This document shows, in pieces, positions 50,906-59,369 of a DNA stretch of 64,000 nucleotides. How positions within the stretch are numbered: position 1 is the stretch's first letter; every line of letters starts with the position of its first letter. Source of the stretch: Candidatus Chisholmbacteria bacterium. GTDB taxonomy: Bacteria > Patescibacteriota > Microgenomatia > UBA1400 > Chisholmbacteraceae. The position numbers and the translations under genes are program-made. The stretch covers positions 323,438 through 387,437 of the forward strand of contig CAVPHZ010000001.1 in assembly GCA_963704905.1 (NCBI GenBank), given 5' to 3'. The notes under the pieces were generated by a model. It saw only the letters and a program-made list of their open reading frames with translations. It searched no databases and had not been told where the DNA came from.

Positions 50906-51346
50906 TTATGGACCAGGCCCAGTTATAGACGGTTGTAAAATGGCGGTCGCGTCTCCAAAAAGTAAAAGTCCCATCAGCGCTGCAAAGGCAAAAGCCAAAA
51001 CGACTACTATCAACCCGATGATCGATTGATAGATTTTTTGCCAGGCACTGGAGATTTTTTCCGGATTACCGGCAGAGCTGATAAATGAAACCCCACCGAG
51101 TACAAAGTTGATAAAGGCGTACAGTCCAGCAGCTATAGTAATCAGGCGAATAACATTTGAGAGAAACACTGTGGCGTAAGGGAGATCTCCATAGGCTGTG
51201 ATGGGATTGGTAATTGTTCCAATCAATCCAGCATGCGCAATTTTTACCTGAAATATAGCGTTATACACTAGAGCGAGAAGAACAATTGAAATAGTTCTCA
51301 AACTACTTACTTTTGGCAAAAGATGATGATTATTGTTCATGACCAT
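50906..51346 (-). CDS. VirB2-like T4SS pilin
   Basis: GGVSFISSAGNPEKISSAWQKIYQSIIG. Confidence 0.85.
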   Translation of the reverse strand: MVMNNNHHLLPKVSSLRTISIVLLALVYNAIFQVKIAHAGLIGTITNPITAYGDLPYATVFLSNVIRLITIAAGLYAFINFVLGGVSFISSAGNPEKISSAWQKIYQSIIGLIVVVLAFAFAALMGLLLFGDATAILQPSITGPGP

Positions 51347-51364
51347 GTTTGCTGTTTCTTAATT

Positions 51365-51757
51365 TTAGAGTCCGGAGGTCAGGATAGCAATACCGGTTAG
51401 CACTTCGATAATTCGGATGATCCAAAATGCTCCAAAGACAAGTCCAAGCCCCATGACACCTGCGGTCGCTGCATTTTTGCCTTTCTCGTTTTGCTGCGGG
51501 TTTCCTGCTGAAGAGATCATGGCAATCCCAGCTCCGATGATGAGTAGAAATGAAATTAACCCAGCGCCTACCATGGCCGTAGTGAGTAAGGGAGAGATAT
51601 AGTCTCCAAGTGTTCTGGTCCCACCGAATGCAAGTGGATAGGCAGTTGCAATATCAACAGGAGGAGGTTGCGCATAAACGGCTGAGGTAATTCGGAAGAA
51701 TATGCCTGTTGAGAGGATTGTGATGATTGCTATTTGGCGATTGAGGGTGGGCTTCAT
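51365..51757 (-). CDS. VirB2-like T4SS pilin
   Basis: AGIAMISSAGNPQQNEKGKNAATAGVMG; probable start ATG 51757 with a signal peptide ending VYA. Confidence 0.85.
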   Translation of the reverse strand: MKPTLNRQIAIITILSTGIFFRITSAVYAQPPPVDIATAYPLAFGGTRTLGDYISPLLTTAMVGAGLISFLLIIGAGIAMISSAGNPQQNEKGKNAATAGVMGLGLVFGAFWIIRIIEVLTGIAILTSGL

Positions 51758-51833
51758 GCTTGAGAATAGCATACCATTATTGTGATTATCATAGCCGGTC
51801 ATTGATGTTGGTACAATACATTATAATCATCCT

Positions 51834-52397
51834 ATGAAGTCGAAGTCTTCTGATATTGATGAGCGGTTACTTGTCGAAGGTTTGCTTAAGGGTTCAGAGC
51901 GTTGGTTAGGTTTGTATTACCGAACCTATTCATCTCCAGTTCGACGGTTTATCACTAGTCGAGTGAGGTTGCCTGATGATGCTGAGGAAATTCTCCAAGA
52001 TACTCTCTTATCTTCATTGGACTCTCTGGCACTCTTTTCGCGGAGATCGAGTTTGTTTACCTGGCTGTGCAGCATTGCGAGACATGAGATTGCGGATTAT
52101 TACCGGCGACGTACGATTAAGACGATTGTTTTTTCCAAGGTACCGTTTGTTGAGCGATTCGTGAGTCGGGCGCTTGAACCAGACGCCGGTTTTATGCGTC
52201 GTGAATATGAGCAGCGAGTTAAACAGGCGTTGTCTATGATTTTGCCTCATTATCGTACAGCGCTGGAGCTTAAATATATGGATGGGTTATCGGTGGCTGA
52301 AATCAGTGAACAACTGGGGATGAGTTTAAAAGCTTGTGAGTCGGTGCTTACCCGAGCGCGAAAGGCATTTGAGCTGGCGTATGAGCAGACAGCGTAG
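51834..52397 (+). CDS. ECF RNA polymerase sigma factor
   Basis: Region 2 DAEEILQDT...SLFTWLCSIARH; region 4 LKYMDGLSVAEISEQLGMS..ACESVLTRAR. Confidence 0.92.
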   Translation: MKSKSSDIDERLLVEGLLKGSERWLGLYYRTYSSPVRRFITSRVRLPDDAEEILQDTLLSSLDSLALFSRRSSLFTWLCSIARHEIADYYRRRTIKTIVFSKVPFVERFVSRALEPDAGFMRREYEQRVKQALSMILPHYRTALELKYMDGLSVAEISEQLGMSLKACESVLTRARKAFELAYEQTA

Positions 52398-52635
52398 TGA
52401 GAAAGAGTTTTATAGAGAACTTCAACGCAGGATTGGTGAAAACAAACAATTATATAGTGAGTCTTCCTTTCATCTTCCAGATTCGAGTTGTATGCGGTTT
52501 GTGGCTACCTACTTAGGTGTTAATCCATGGAAAGTGATCATTCCGGTGGCGGGTATTATAGTTTTGCTATTTCGAGTTGTGCTGGGAACGTCTTTTGCTG
52601 AGTTTATCTTAGATATTTTAGGAGGTGGATTATAG
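52381..52635 (+). CDS. Small single-TM protein, candidate anti-sigma factor
   Basis: ATG at 52381 overlaps the sigma 3' end; soluble N-terminus and C-terminal hydrophobic helix. Confidence 0.55.
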   Translation: MSRQRSEKEFYRELQRRIGENKQLYSESSFHLPDSSCMRFVATYLGVNPWKVIIPVAGIIVLLFRVVLGTSFAEFILDILGGGL

Positions 52636-52721
52636 CTATTGATATATCATTTTCCAATAATCGCTATCGACAGTTCGGTACATTTCTTGTCTGGGTATTT
52701 TATCAAGTATCTCGGTTAAGT

Positions 52722-52985
52722 TTGGGTTTGGTGCTGCATCCATACCGAACGACACGGGAGATCATGCGGGGGCGTTGGTTTGTGCCGCTTGTCTTTCTTC
52801 CAAGCGTGATATTGGCTTGGATTTTTGTTTCAGGGAGAATTGCTGCCTGGGTTGTTGATGTGCCTCAACACTCGAGGGATGGAATCGGTTTGGTTTATGC
52901 GACGTTTGTATTCAGTCTGATTTTGTGGCAAATGCTTCTGGTCTATCTTGGTTTTCGATTTTGGTACGGTTTTCGTAAAAAGTAA
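52722..52985 (+). CDS. Small membrane protein (start uncertain, frame open back to about 52602)
   Basis: GLVLHPYRTTREI followed by two TM segments. Confidence 0.55.
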   Translation: MGLVLHPYRTTREIMRGRWFVPLVFLPSVILAWIFVSGRIAAWVVDVPQHSRDGIGLVYATFVFSLILWQMLLVYLGFRFWYGFRKK

Positions 52986-53119
52986 CACTTCTTTTTTCTC
53001 ACATTTTCTCGGGATAAGATTTGCATTGATTGACGCTTAGCGAAGGATTTTTCTCTTATTGTGCGACTAATATAGTGTAGGCGATTTATTCGCTTTTATT
53101 ATTTTGGCATGTTTTTGTT

Positions 53120-54400
53120 ATGACTACTGATGAATGGGTGAAAAAAAGTGTGCGGCAGGGAAAGTTGCTGGTTGAAGTTCCAGACCATTGGAGTGAGAAG
53201 AAGCGGGTGTTGGCTCGTCGGAAGGTGCTTGAGCAACTCACCGGTGTTCGCTTGTCTTCACTATCTTTGAATGAGGAGTTACTGAATGCAGCCTCCTCGA
53301 GAAATATTGAACAGGCAATTGGTGCGACTTCTGTTCCAGTTGGAATTGTTGGCCCGCTGCGCGTTCGCTCGGGGCAAGCACTTCAAATTTTCTCAAAACA
53401 AGACCTACGCATGCGTTCCCGCCATCAGGGTGGGCAAGCAAAAGAGGAGAAGGAATATTTTATACCAGTAGCGACAACTGAAGGAGCGCTGGTTGCGAGC
53501 ATCAATCGAGGGTGTAAGTCAATTACGCAGGCTGGTGGAGCTGCTGTGGTATCTGAAAAAATTGGGATTACACGGGCTCCTGTTTTTCGAGTACAAAGCC
53601 TCTCAGAGGGGAAGACATTTATTGCATATATCCGACAGCATTTGTCTGAACTGCGTACCATTGCACATGATACTGATCGACATCTGAAGCTTGTTCACAT
53701 AGAACCAAAGATGGTTGGACGGAGTGTTTTTTTACGATTTCGGTTTAATACCGAAGAAGCGATGGGAATGAATATGGCAACGATTGCTACTGATGCTCTT
53801 TCGCAGCATTTAGAAAAGGTTTGTAATGTTTCCTGTGTCAGTCTGTCGTCCAACTACTGTATTGATAAAAAGCCAGCATCGTTGAACTTTCAGTCTGGGC
53901 GAGGTTATCAAGTTTGGGCGGAAATTGTTTTACCGCCGTCTTCTGTAGCCAATTTACTTAAGACAACAGTTGAAAAAATTGCTGAAGTATCTTATCGAAA
54001 ACTGTTTGTCGGATCGGCACTTTCGAATTCACTGGGATTTAACGCACAATATGCCAATATTGTTGCGGCTTTGTTTCTGGCAACCGGGCAAGACATTGCT
54101 CATGTGGTGGAGGGATCGATGGGGATTACAACAGTTGAGCAGGTGAAGAAAGGACTCTATGTGAGTGTTTTCTTACCCTCGCTGGTTCTGGGAACGGTGG
54201 GTGGTGGAACTGGATTACCGGCTCAGAACGAAGCGCTACAGATCATGGGACTTGGTGGTGCTAAAACCGGAGATAGTGAAACATTGGCTGAGATTGTGGG
54301 TGCGACTGTGTTGGCTGGGGAGATTTCTCTTTTAGCATCTTTAGCGGAAGGGTCGCTGGCTCGGTCACACCAAAGACTGGGGAGGAACCATACAGCATGA
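53120..54400 (+). CDS. hmgA: HMG-CoA reductase, class I (archaeal/eukaryotic type)
   Basis: ATTEGALVAS, EAMGMNM, GQDIAHV, GTVGGGT and C-terminal catalytic His (ARSH). Confidence 0.95.
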   Translation: MTTDEWVKKSVRQGKLLVEVPDHWSEKKRVLARRKVLEQLTGVRLSSLSLNEELLNAASSRNIEQAIGATSVPVGIVGPLRVRSGQALQIFSKQDLRMRSRHQGGQAKEEKEYFIPVATTEGALVASINRGCKSITQAGGAAVVSEKIGITRAPVFRVQSLSEGKTFIAYIRQHLSELRTIAHDTDRHLKLVHIEPKMVGRSVFLRFRFNTEEAMGMNMATIATDALSQHLEKVCNVSCVSLSSNYCIDKKPASLNFQSGRGYQVWAEIVLPPSSVANLLKTTVEKIAEVSYRKLFVGSALSNSLGFNAQYANIVAALFLATGQDIAHVVEGSMGITTVEQVKKGLYVSVFLPSLVLGTVGGGTGLPAQNEALQIMGLGGAKTGDSETLAEIVGATVLAGEISLLASLAEGSLARSHQRLGRNHTA

Positions 54401-55437
54401 TTCATCATAAAAAACTCACTGGAATTGGGATCGTTGGATATGGATCGTACGTTCCACGACTACGAATACGTATTTCGGAAATCGCCTCCTCGTATGGAGT
54501 CGACGGGAAACAAGTAGAACAGAATTTATGCGTCAAGCAAAAATCAGTGGCTCAGTGGGATGAAGATGTGGTGACGTTGGCGTACATGGCGAGTTCTGGT
54601 GCTCTTAGCATGGCAAATATTGATGCTACAAAAATTGGAGCACTCTATATTGGTAGTGAAAGCCATCCCTATGCGGTGAAGACTACGAGTACCATTGTTG
54701 GAGAAGCGCTCGGAGTTGGACATGAATACATGGCTGCTGACTTAGAATTTGCGTGTAAAGCAGGTACTTCGGGAGTGCAACTGATTGCTTCACATCTGCT
54801 CAGTGGTGTTATCTCATATGGTTTGGCTGTTGGGGCTGATGTGGCGCAGGCAGAGCCAGGAGATTTACTTGAATACACTGCCGCTGCCGGAGGAGCAGCT
54901 CTGCTTTTGGGAAAACGGAGAATACTAGCCCGATTAACTGGATTTTTTTCCTATTGCAGTGATACCAGCGATTTTTGGAGAAGGAGTGAGCAGAAGCTTC
55001 CACAGCATGCAGGACGTTTTACTGGGGAACCAGCATATTTCCGACACATTATTGCTGCAACTGAAGCTTTTTTTAAGGCTTCGAAAACCAATGCTTCTAC
55101 CTATGATCATGTGGTGTTTCATATGCCAAATGGAAAGTTTCCTGTACGAGCGGCTCAACGACTTGGTTTTGGCGAGAAACAATTAAAGCACGGCTTCATT
55201 GTTAGTGAGATCGGCAATCCGTATAGTGCTTCAACGCTTCTTGGTTTGTGCCGGGTGCTTGATAATGCAGATAACCAACAGCGCATACTTCTAGTTTCGT
55301 ACGGCTCAGGTGCAGGATCAGATGTGCTTTCTTTTTTTACAACACCGCTACTGGCAAGATACCGAAGAAGACTGTCGCAAGCAGCGCATCAACCAACCTA
55401 TCTTTCATATGGAGCATATCGGGCAATGGTGGGGTAA
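54397..55437 (+). CDS. HMG-CoA synthase, archaeal type
   Basis: GSESHPYAVK, EFACKAGT (catalytic Cys), GRFTGEPAYF, FHMPNGKFP and SYGSGAGSD motifs. Confidence 0.95.
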   Translation: MIHHKKLTGIGIVGYGSYVPRLRIRISEIASSYGVDGKQVEQNLCVKQKSVAQWDEDVVTLAYMASSGALSMANIDATKIGALYIGSESHPYAVKTTSTIVGEALGVGHEYMAADLEFACKAGTSGVQLIASHLLSGVISYGLAVGADVAQAEPGDLLEYTAAAGGAALLLGKRRILARLTGFFSYCSDTSDFWRRSEQKLPQHAGRFTGEPAYFRHIIAATEAFFKASKTNASTYDHVVFHMPNGKFPVRAAQRLGFGEKQLKHGFIVSEIGNPYSASTLLGLCRVLDNADNQQRILLVSYGSGAGSDVLSFFTTPLLARYRRRLSQAAHQPTYLSYGAYRAMVG

Positions 55438-55443
55438 TCAATT

Positions 55444-56622
55444 ATGGATAGAAGGCAACACATAGCTAGTCATGGGAAATTAGATATTGCCGTCCTTGGT
55501 GTAGGTCAGACGAAGTTTGGCGAGCTTTGGGACGCATCTCTTTTAGATCTGGCAACCGAGGCTTCTGCAGAAGCACTTCAGGATGCGAGCCTTGATTTTC
55601 GGCGGATAGACGCGGTGGTTGTGGGTAACATGCTTTCAAATACACTGCAAAATCAAGCACATTTAGGAGCGCTGGTTGCATCTCGACTCGGAATACAAGC
55701 CCCATCCTTACGAGTTGAAGGCGCTTGTGCATCTGGTGGGCTAGCAATTCGAACAGGCATTGAGAAGCTTTTGTCAGGAACTGCTGGGAACGTACTTGTG
55801 GTTGGAGTGGAAAAAATGACTGATCATTCCACTGACCTTTCAACCCAGGCTCTTATGGGTGCTTCGGATGCCCTAGAACAGTTTGCTGGAGTAACTTTTC
55901 CTGGTTTATATGCATTGGTTACCCGTGCGTATATGGAGGAGTTTGACGTTTCAGACCATAGTCTGGCAGGTGTTCCGGTTAAGAATCATGATCATGGAAT
56001 TTTGAACCCTAAGGCGCATTTTCGCTTTCGGATTAATACTGATCAGGTACTTGCGAGTCCATGTGTTGCTTCTCCTTTAAAACTTCTTGATTGTTCACCG
56101 CTGTCAGATGGTGCAGCTGCGGTTGTGCTGAGCCTTTCTAATGGATTTAAAAAACGATCGGTTCGGATTGTTGGTGCTGGGCAGGCGAGTGATGTCGTAC
56201 CTTTGGCTGATCGGCTTTCGCTCACGGAATTCAACGCAGCTCGCAAGGCTGCAGATGAAGTATTTGAAATGGCTTCTCTTGAACCTGCTGATGTTGATCT
56301 CATGGAAGTGCATGATTGTTTTACTATTGGAGAGATTTTAGCCCTTGAGGATATGGGGTTTTCAAAAAAAGGTGAGGGTTGGGTGATCGCATCGAATGGG
56401 GAGTGCCGTTTAGGTGGAAAAAGACCCGTCAATACATCTGGAGGACTTAAGTCGTGCGGGCACCCAGTTGCCGCAACGGGAGTTAAGCAAATTGTTGAGT
56501 TAACTCTCCAGCTTCGTGAAGCAGCAGGAAAGCGGCAAGTATCTGGCGCTCGGGTTGGGTTAGCTCATAATGTTGGTGGTGTTGGTGGAACTGCCGTTGT
56601 CCATTTACTTCAGTCAGCTTAG
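55444..56622 (+). CDS. Acetoacetyl-CoA thiolase (archaeal/SCP2-like)
   Basis: VEGACASGG, GVEKM, EVHDCF, GHPVAATG and HNVGG motifs. Confidence 0.93.
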   Translation: MDRRQHIASHGKLDIAVLGVGQTKFGELWDASLLDLATEASAEALQDASLDFRRIDAVVVGNMLSNTLQNQAHLGALVASRLGIQAPSLRVEGACASGGLAIRTGIEKLLSGTAGNVLVVGVEKMTDHSTDLSTQALMGASDALEQFAGVTFPGLYALVTRAYMEEFDVSDHSLAGVPVKNHDHGILNPKAHFRFRINTDQVLASPCVASPLKLLDCSPLSDGAAAVVLSLSNGFKKRSVRIVGAGQASDVVPLADRLSLTEFNAARKAADEVFEMASLEPADVDLMEVHDCFTIGEILALEDMGFSKKGEGWVIASNGECRLGGKRPVNTSGGLKSCGHPVAATGVKQIVELTLQLREAAGKRQVSGARVGLAHNVGGVGGTAVVHLLQSA

Positions 56623-56627
56623 CTGTT

Positions 56628-56972
56628 ATGACTCAAACGACTCCAGTTTCCTTATCTCGATCAAAAGAAACACGCTACCGACTTCTGGGAAAGGTGGGAT
56701 CTGTTGTCTCATATACTTCCATTGCGGTTGGGCCAAATGGCCTTAAGAAACGAACACCGTATTTGATAGCAATTGTTGATTTCGGTGCCATGCGAGCAAC
56801 TCTGCCGCTGGCTGATGTTTCTGCTGGTGAAGTAAAAAATGGAATGAAGGTTGTGGGTGTGATGCGAAGGATGTCTGATCCTAGTGAAGATGGGATTATT
56901 TCTTATGGTGTGAAGTGTGTGCCAGTAGTCATGAATATCCGGAAGAGCTCAAAGAACAAAAACAATGAATAA
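56628..56972 (+). CDS. DUF35 OB-fold scaffold protein lacking the Zn ribbon
   Basis: RYRLLG..G.VVSYT...PY.IAIV...GMKV..V.RR...GIISYG.K; follows the thiolase gene. Confidence 0.85.
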   Translation: MTQTTPVSLSRSKETRYRLLGKVGSVVSYTSIAVGPNGLKKRTPYLIAIVDFGAMRATLPLADVSAGEVKNGMKVVGVMRRMSDPSEDGIISYGVKCVPVVMNIRKSSKNKNNE

Positions 56973-57507
56973 CATGCAACGAATGCACATCGATCAACAG
57001 GTTGTCTTGGTGGATGAGATGGACAGACCAATTGGCACGGCAGCCAAGAATGAGGTTCATACTGCTCATACACCTCTTCATCGAGGTTTGTCTGTGTTTC
57101 TTTTTGATAACAATGGCAAGGTTTTGGTGCAACAGCGGGCGCTTCGTAAGCAGACTTGGCCAGGGGTGTGGAGCAATTCTTGTTGTGGTCATCCTCAGCC
57201 TGGAGAAACATATGATCAGGCAGTATTACGAGAGGTGAAAGAGGAATTAGGCTTAGAGATACAGGATCTGAAAAAAGTGTCAGATTATCGATACCTATTT
57301 GAACGTGACGGGATGGTTGAAAATGAAATTTGCCCTGTTTTCATGGGAACGGCTGTGGGTGAAGTTACACTGGACCCAAGTGAAGTTGCTGATTATAAGT
57401 GGATGAAGTGGGAGGATTTCAAGCAGGCATTGAAAGATGATAGCGATGGAACATGGAGTGAGTGGTGTAAAGAGGAAGCTACGTTAGTGGACAAATTACT
57501 GCAGTAA
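56965..57507 (+). CDS. idi: Isopentenyl-diphosphate delta-isomerase, type 1
   Basis: PLHRGLSVFLF, WSNSCCGHP, REVKEELG and ENEIC motifs. Confidence 0.95.
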   Translation: MNNMQRMHIDQQVVLVDEMDRPIGTAAKNEVHTAHTPLHRGLSVFLFDNNGKVLVQQRALRKQTWPGVWSNSCCGHPQPGETYDQAVLREVKEELGLEIQDLKKVSDYRYLFERDGMVENEICPVFMGTAVGEVTLDPSEVADYKWMKWEDFKQALKDDSDGTWSEWCKEEATLVDKLLQ

Positions 57508-57510
57508 TGT

Positions 57511-58392
57511 ATGAAACCTGTAACGAGTAGATTTTCAGGAAAAGTGTTACTCAGCGGAGAACACAGCGTGGTTTACGGTCAGCCAGCACTTGTGGCAAGT
57601 GTTGATCGGAACATGACAGTTACCCTGCGACCTTCTAACGGTTTTCATTTACAGAGCGCTGTTGAGGATAAAATAGGTTTGGTTAGATATGCGCTTGAGT
57701 TGGCTGAGGTTGACCCTGATGTTTATAGCGTATCTATTGATTCAAATATTCCCTCTGGTTTAGGGACTTCGGCTGCGGTGTGTGCTGGTGTTATTCAAGC
57801 AGCTTATGAGTCGGTTGGAAATAAATTGGAGCGGGATGCGTTATTTCGACTGGCTTGGCAATGTGAGAAGAGAGCACATGGAAATTCTTCTGGTGTTGAT
57901 CCCGCAGCCGTCGTGTATGGAGGATTAATCTGGTATGTCCGGGATAAGGAGAGAACGACACTTCCACTCAAAACACACTACTCTTTTCTTTTGGTTGATA
58001 GCGGGACTCCTAAAGAATCTACTGGAGAGATGGTTTCATTGGTTGGTTCTCGCCTCAAACACAAGAAAGCAACATTCAAGAAACATATTACAGAAATCGG
58101 AGAAGTGACAAGATTATTTCGGAGACAGCTTTTGAAAGGACAGAGAGTTACAAAAGTAATTAATGATAACGGTTTGTTACTTGAGAAATTGGGGATCGTT
58201 AGTAAACAGACTCGAGAATTAAGCGAACACTTACGGGCAATGGGTTGCGGGGTGAAAGTAACCGGTGCAGGTGGTGTGAAAACAGGTTCTGGAATGCTTC
58301 TGGTTGACCATCCTGAGTTTGATACTATTTCAAGGAAATTAACATCTATGAGACTCAATTTGTTTGAGATTATCATTGGAGATGATCTATGA
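57511..58392 (+). CDS. mvk: Mevalonate kinase (GHMP)
   Basis: GKVLLSGEHSVVYG, GLGTSAA, HGNSSGVD and KVTGAGG motifs. Confidence 0.85.
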   Translation: MKPVTSRFSGKVLLSGEHSVVYGQPALVASVDRNMTVTLRPSNGFHLQSAVEDKIGLVRYALELAEVDPDVYSVSIDSNIPSGLGTSAAVCAGVIQAAYESVGNKLERDALFRLAWQCEKRAHGNSSGVDPAAVVYGGLIWYVRDKERTTLPLKTHYSFLLVDSGTPKESTGEMVSLVGSRLKHKKATFKKHITEIGEVTRLFRRQLLKGQRVTKVINDNGLLLEKLGIVSKQTRELSEHLRAMGCGVKVTGAGGVKTGSGMLLVDHPEFDTISRKLTSMRLNLFEIIIGDDL

Positions 58393-59369
58393 ACACAGTT
58401 GTTTCTTCTGCGCCGGGAAAGCTGATGCTCTTTGGCGAACATGCGGTCGTGTATGGTCATCCATGCATTGTGACCGCAGTTGATCAGCGAATGCGTGTTT
58501 CTGTTTCATTCAACGGAAAAGGTGAGATTGTTGTCCGGGCTCCGCAGGTCGGGTTGGAGAGATATTCAAAAAAAATCGCGCTTTTGGGAAAACACGATGT
58601 TCCAAAACCAGTTCGTTTTATTGAATTGTTAGTGAAGAATTATCAGGATCAGTATGGTTTGGAGCGAGGGTTGGATATAATAACTGAGAGTGAATTTTCA
58701 GCCGATTATGGATTTGGTTCCTCGGCTGCTGTTACCGTTGCTCTTGCATATGGATTAGCTCAACTTCATTCTCTTCGGTTATCAAATCAGCAATTGTTTG
58801 AGCTTTGCTTCAAAGCGGTATTGGATGTCCAAGGTGTCGGTTCTGGTTTTGATATTGCAGCATCTATATATGGGGGCACGCTTTATTATATTAAAGGAGG
58901 TAGTAGCATTCAGTCGATATCTTGGGATGGCGATTGTCCAATAGTTGTTGGATACACAGGTATTAAAGCTGATACACCAACGCTTATTCGGCAGGTGGCG
59001 GAATATCGTGTGCATCAACTAGAAAAAACTACATCGACTTTTGAGCACATTTCAGAGATTGTTCATTCAGCTGAAGTTGCTTTTAGTAAACAACAGTATA
59101 AGGTTTTAGGAAAACTTGCGACTAAGAATCAAAAACTTCTTCATTCATTAGGAATTAGCAGTGTAGAGTTGGATCGACTTATCAGCGCCGCTCAACAAGC
59201 AGGAGCACTTGGATCTAAGCTCTCCGGAGCCGGTGGAGGGGATTGTATGATTTCCTTTGTGAGTGATAAGAAGAGAGAAGATGTTGAGGCGGTAATTTCA
59301 AATGCAGGTGGAGAAGTTGTCGATGTTCGTCTTCATGCTCAAGGAGTTCGAAAGGAGAAGATGTCATGA
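58389..59369 (+). CDS. Second GHMP kinase, probable phosphomevalonate kinase
   Basis: SAPGKLMLFGEH, GFGSSAAVTVA, VQGVGSGFDIAASIYGG and KLSGAGGGDC motifs. Confidence 0.75.
   Translation: MNTVVSSAPGKLMLFGEHAVVYGHPCIVTAVDQRMRVSVSFNGKGEIVVRAPQVGLERYSKKIALLGKHDVPKPVRFIELLVKNYQDQYGLERGLDIITESEFSADYGFGSSAAVTVALAYGLAQLHSLRLSNQQLFELCFKAVLDVQGVGSGFDIAASIYGGTLYYIKGGSSIQSISWDGDCPIVVGYTGIKADTPTLIRQVAEYRVHQLEKTTSTFEHISEIVHSAEVAFSKQQYKVLGKLATKNQKLLHSLGISSVELDRLISAAQQAGALGSKLSGAGGGDCMISFVSDKKREDVEAVISNAGGEVVDVRLHAQGVRKEKMS

Noticed and set aside
31220-51757. Integrative conjugative element or prophage
   Set aside because: No integrase, relaxase, att repeats or phage structural genes were seen; the locus looks chromosomal.
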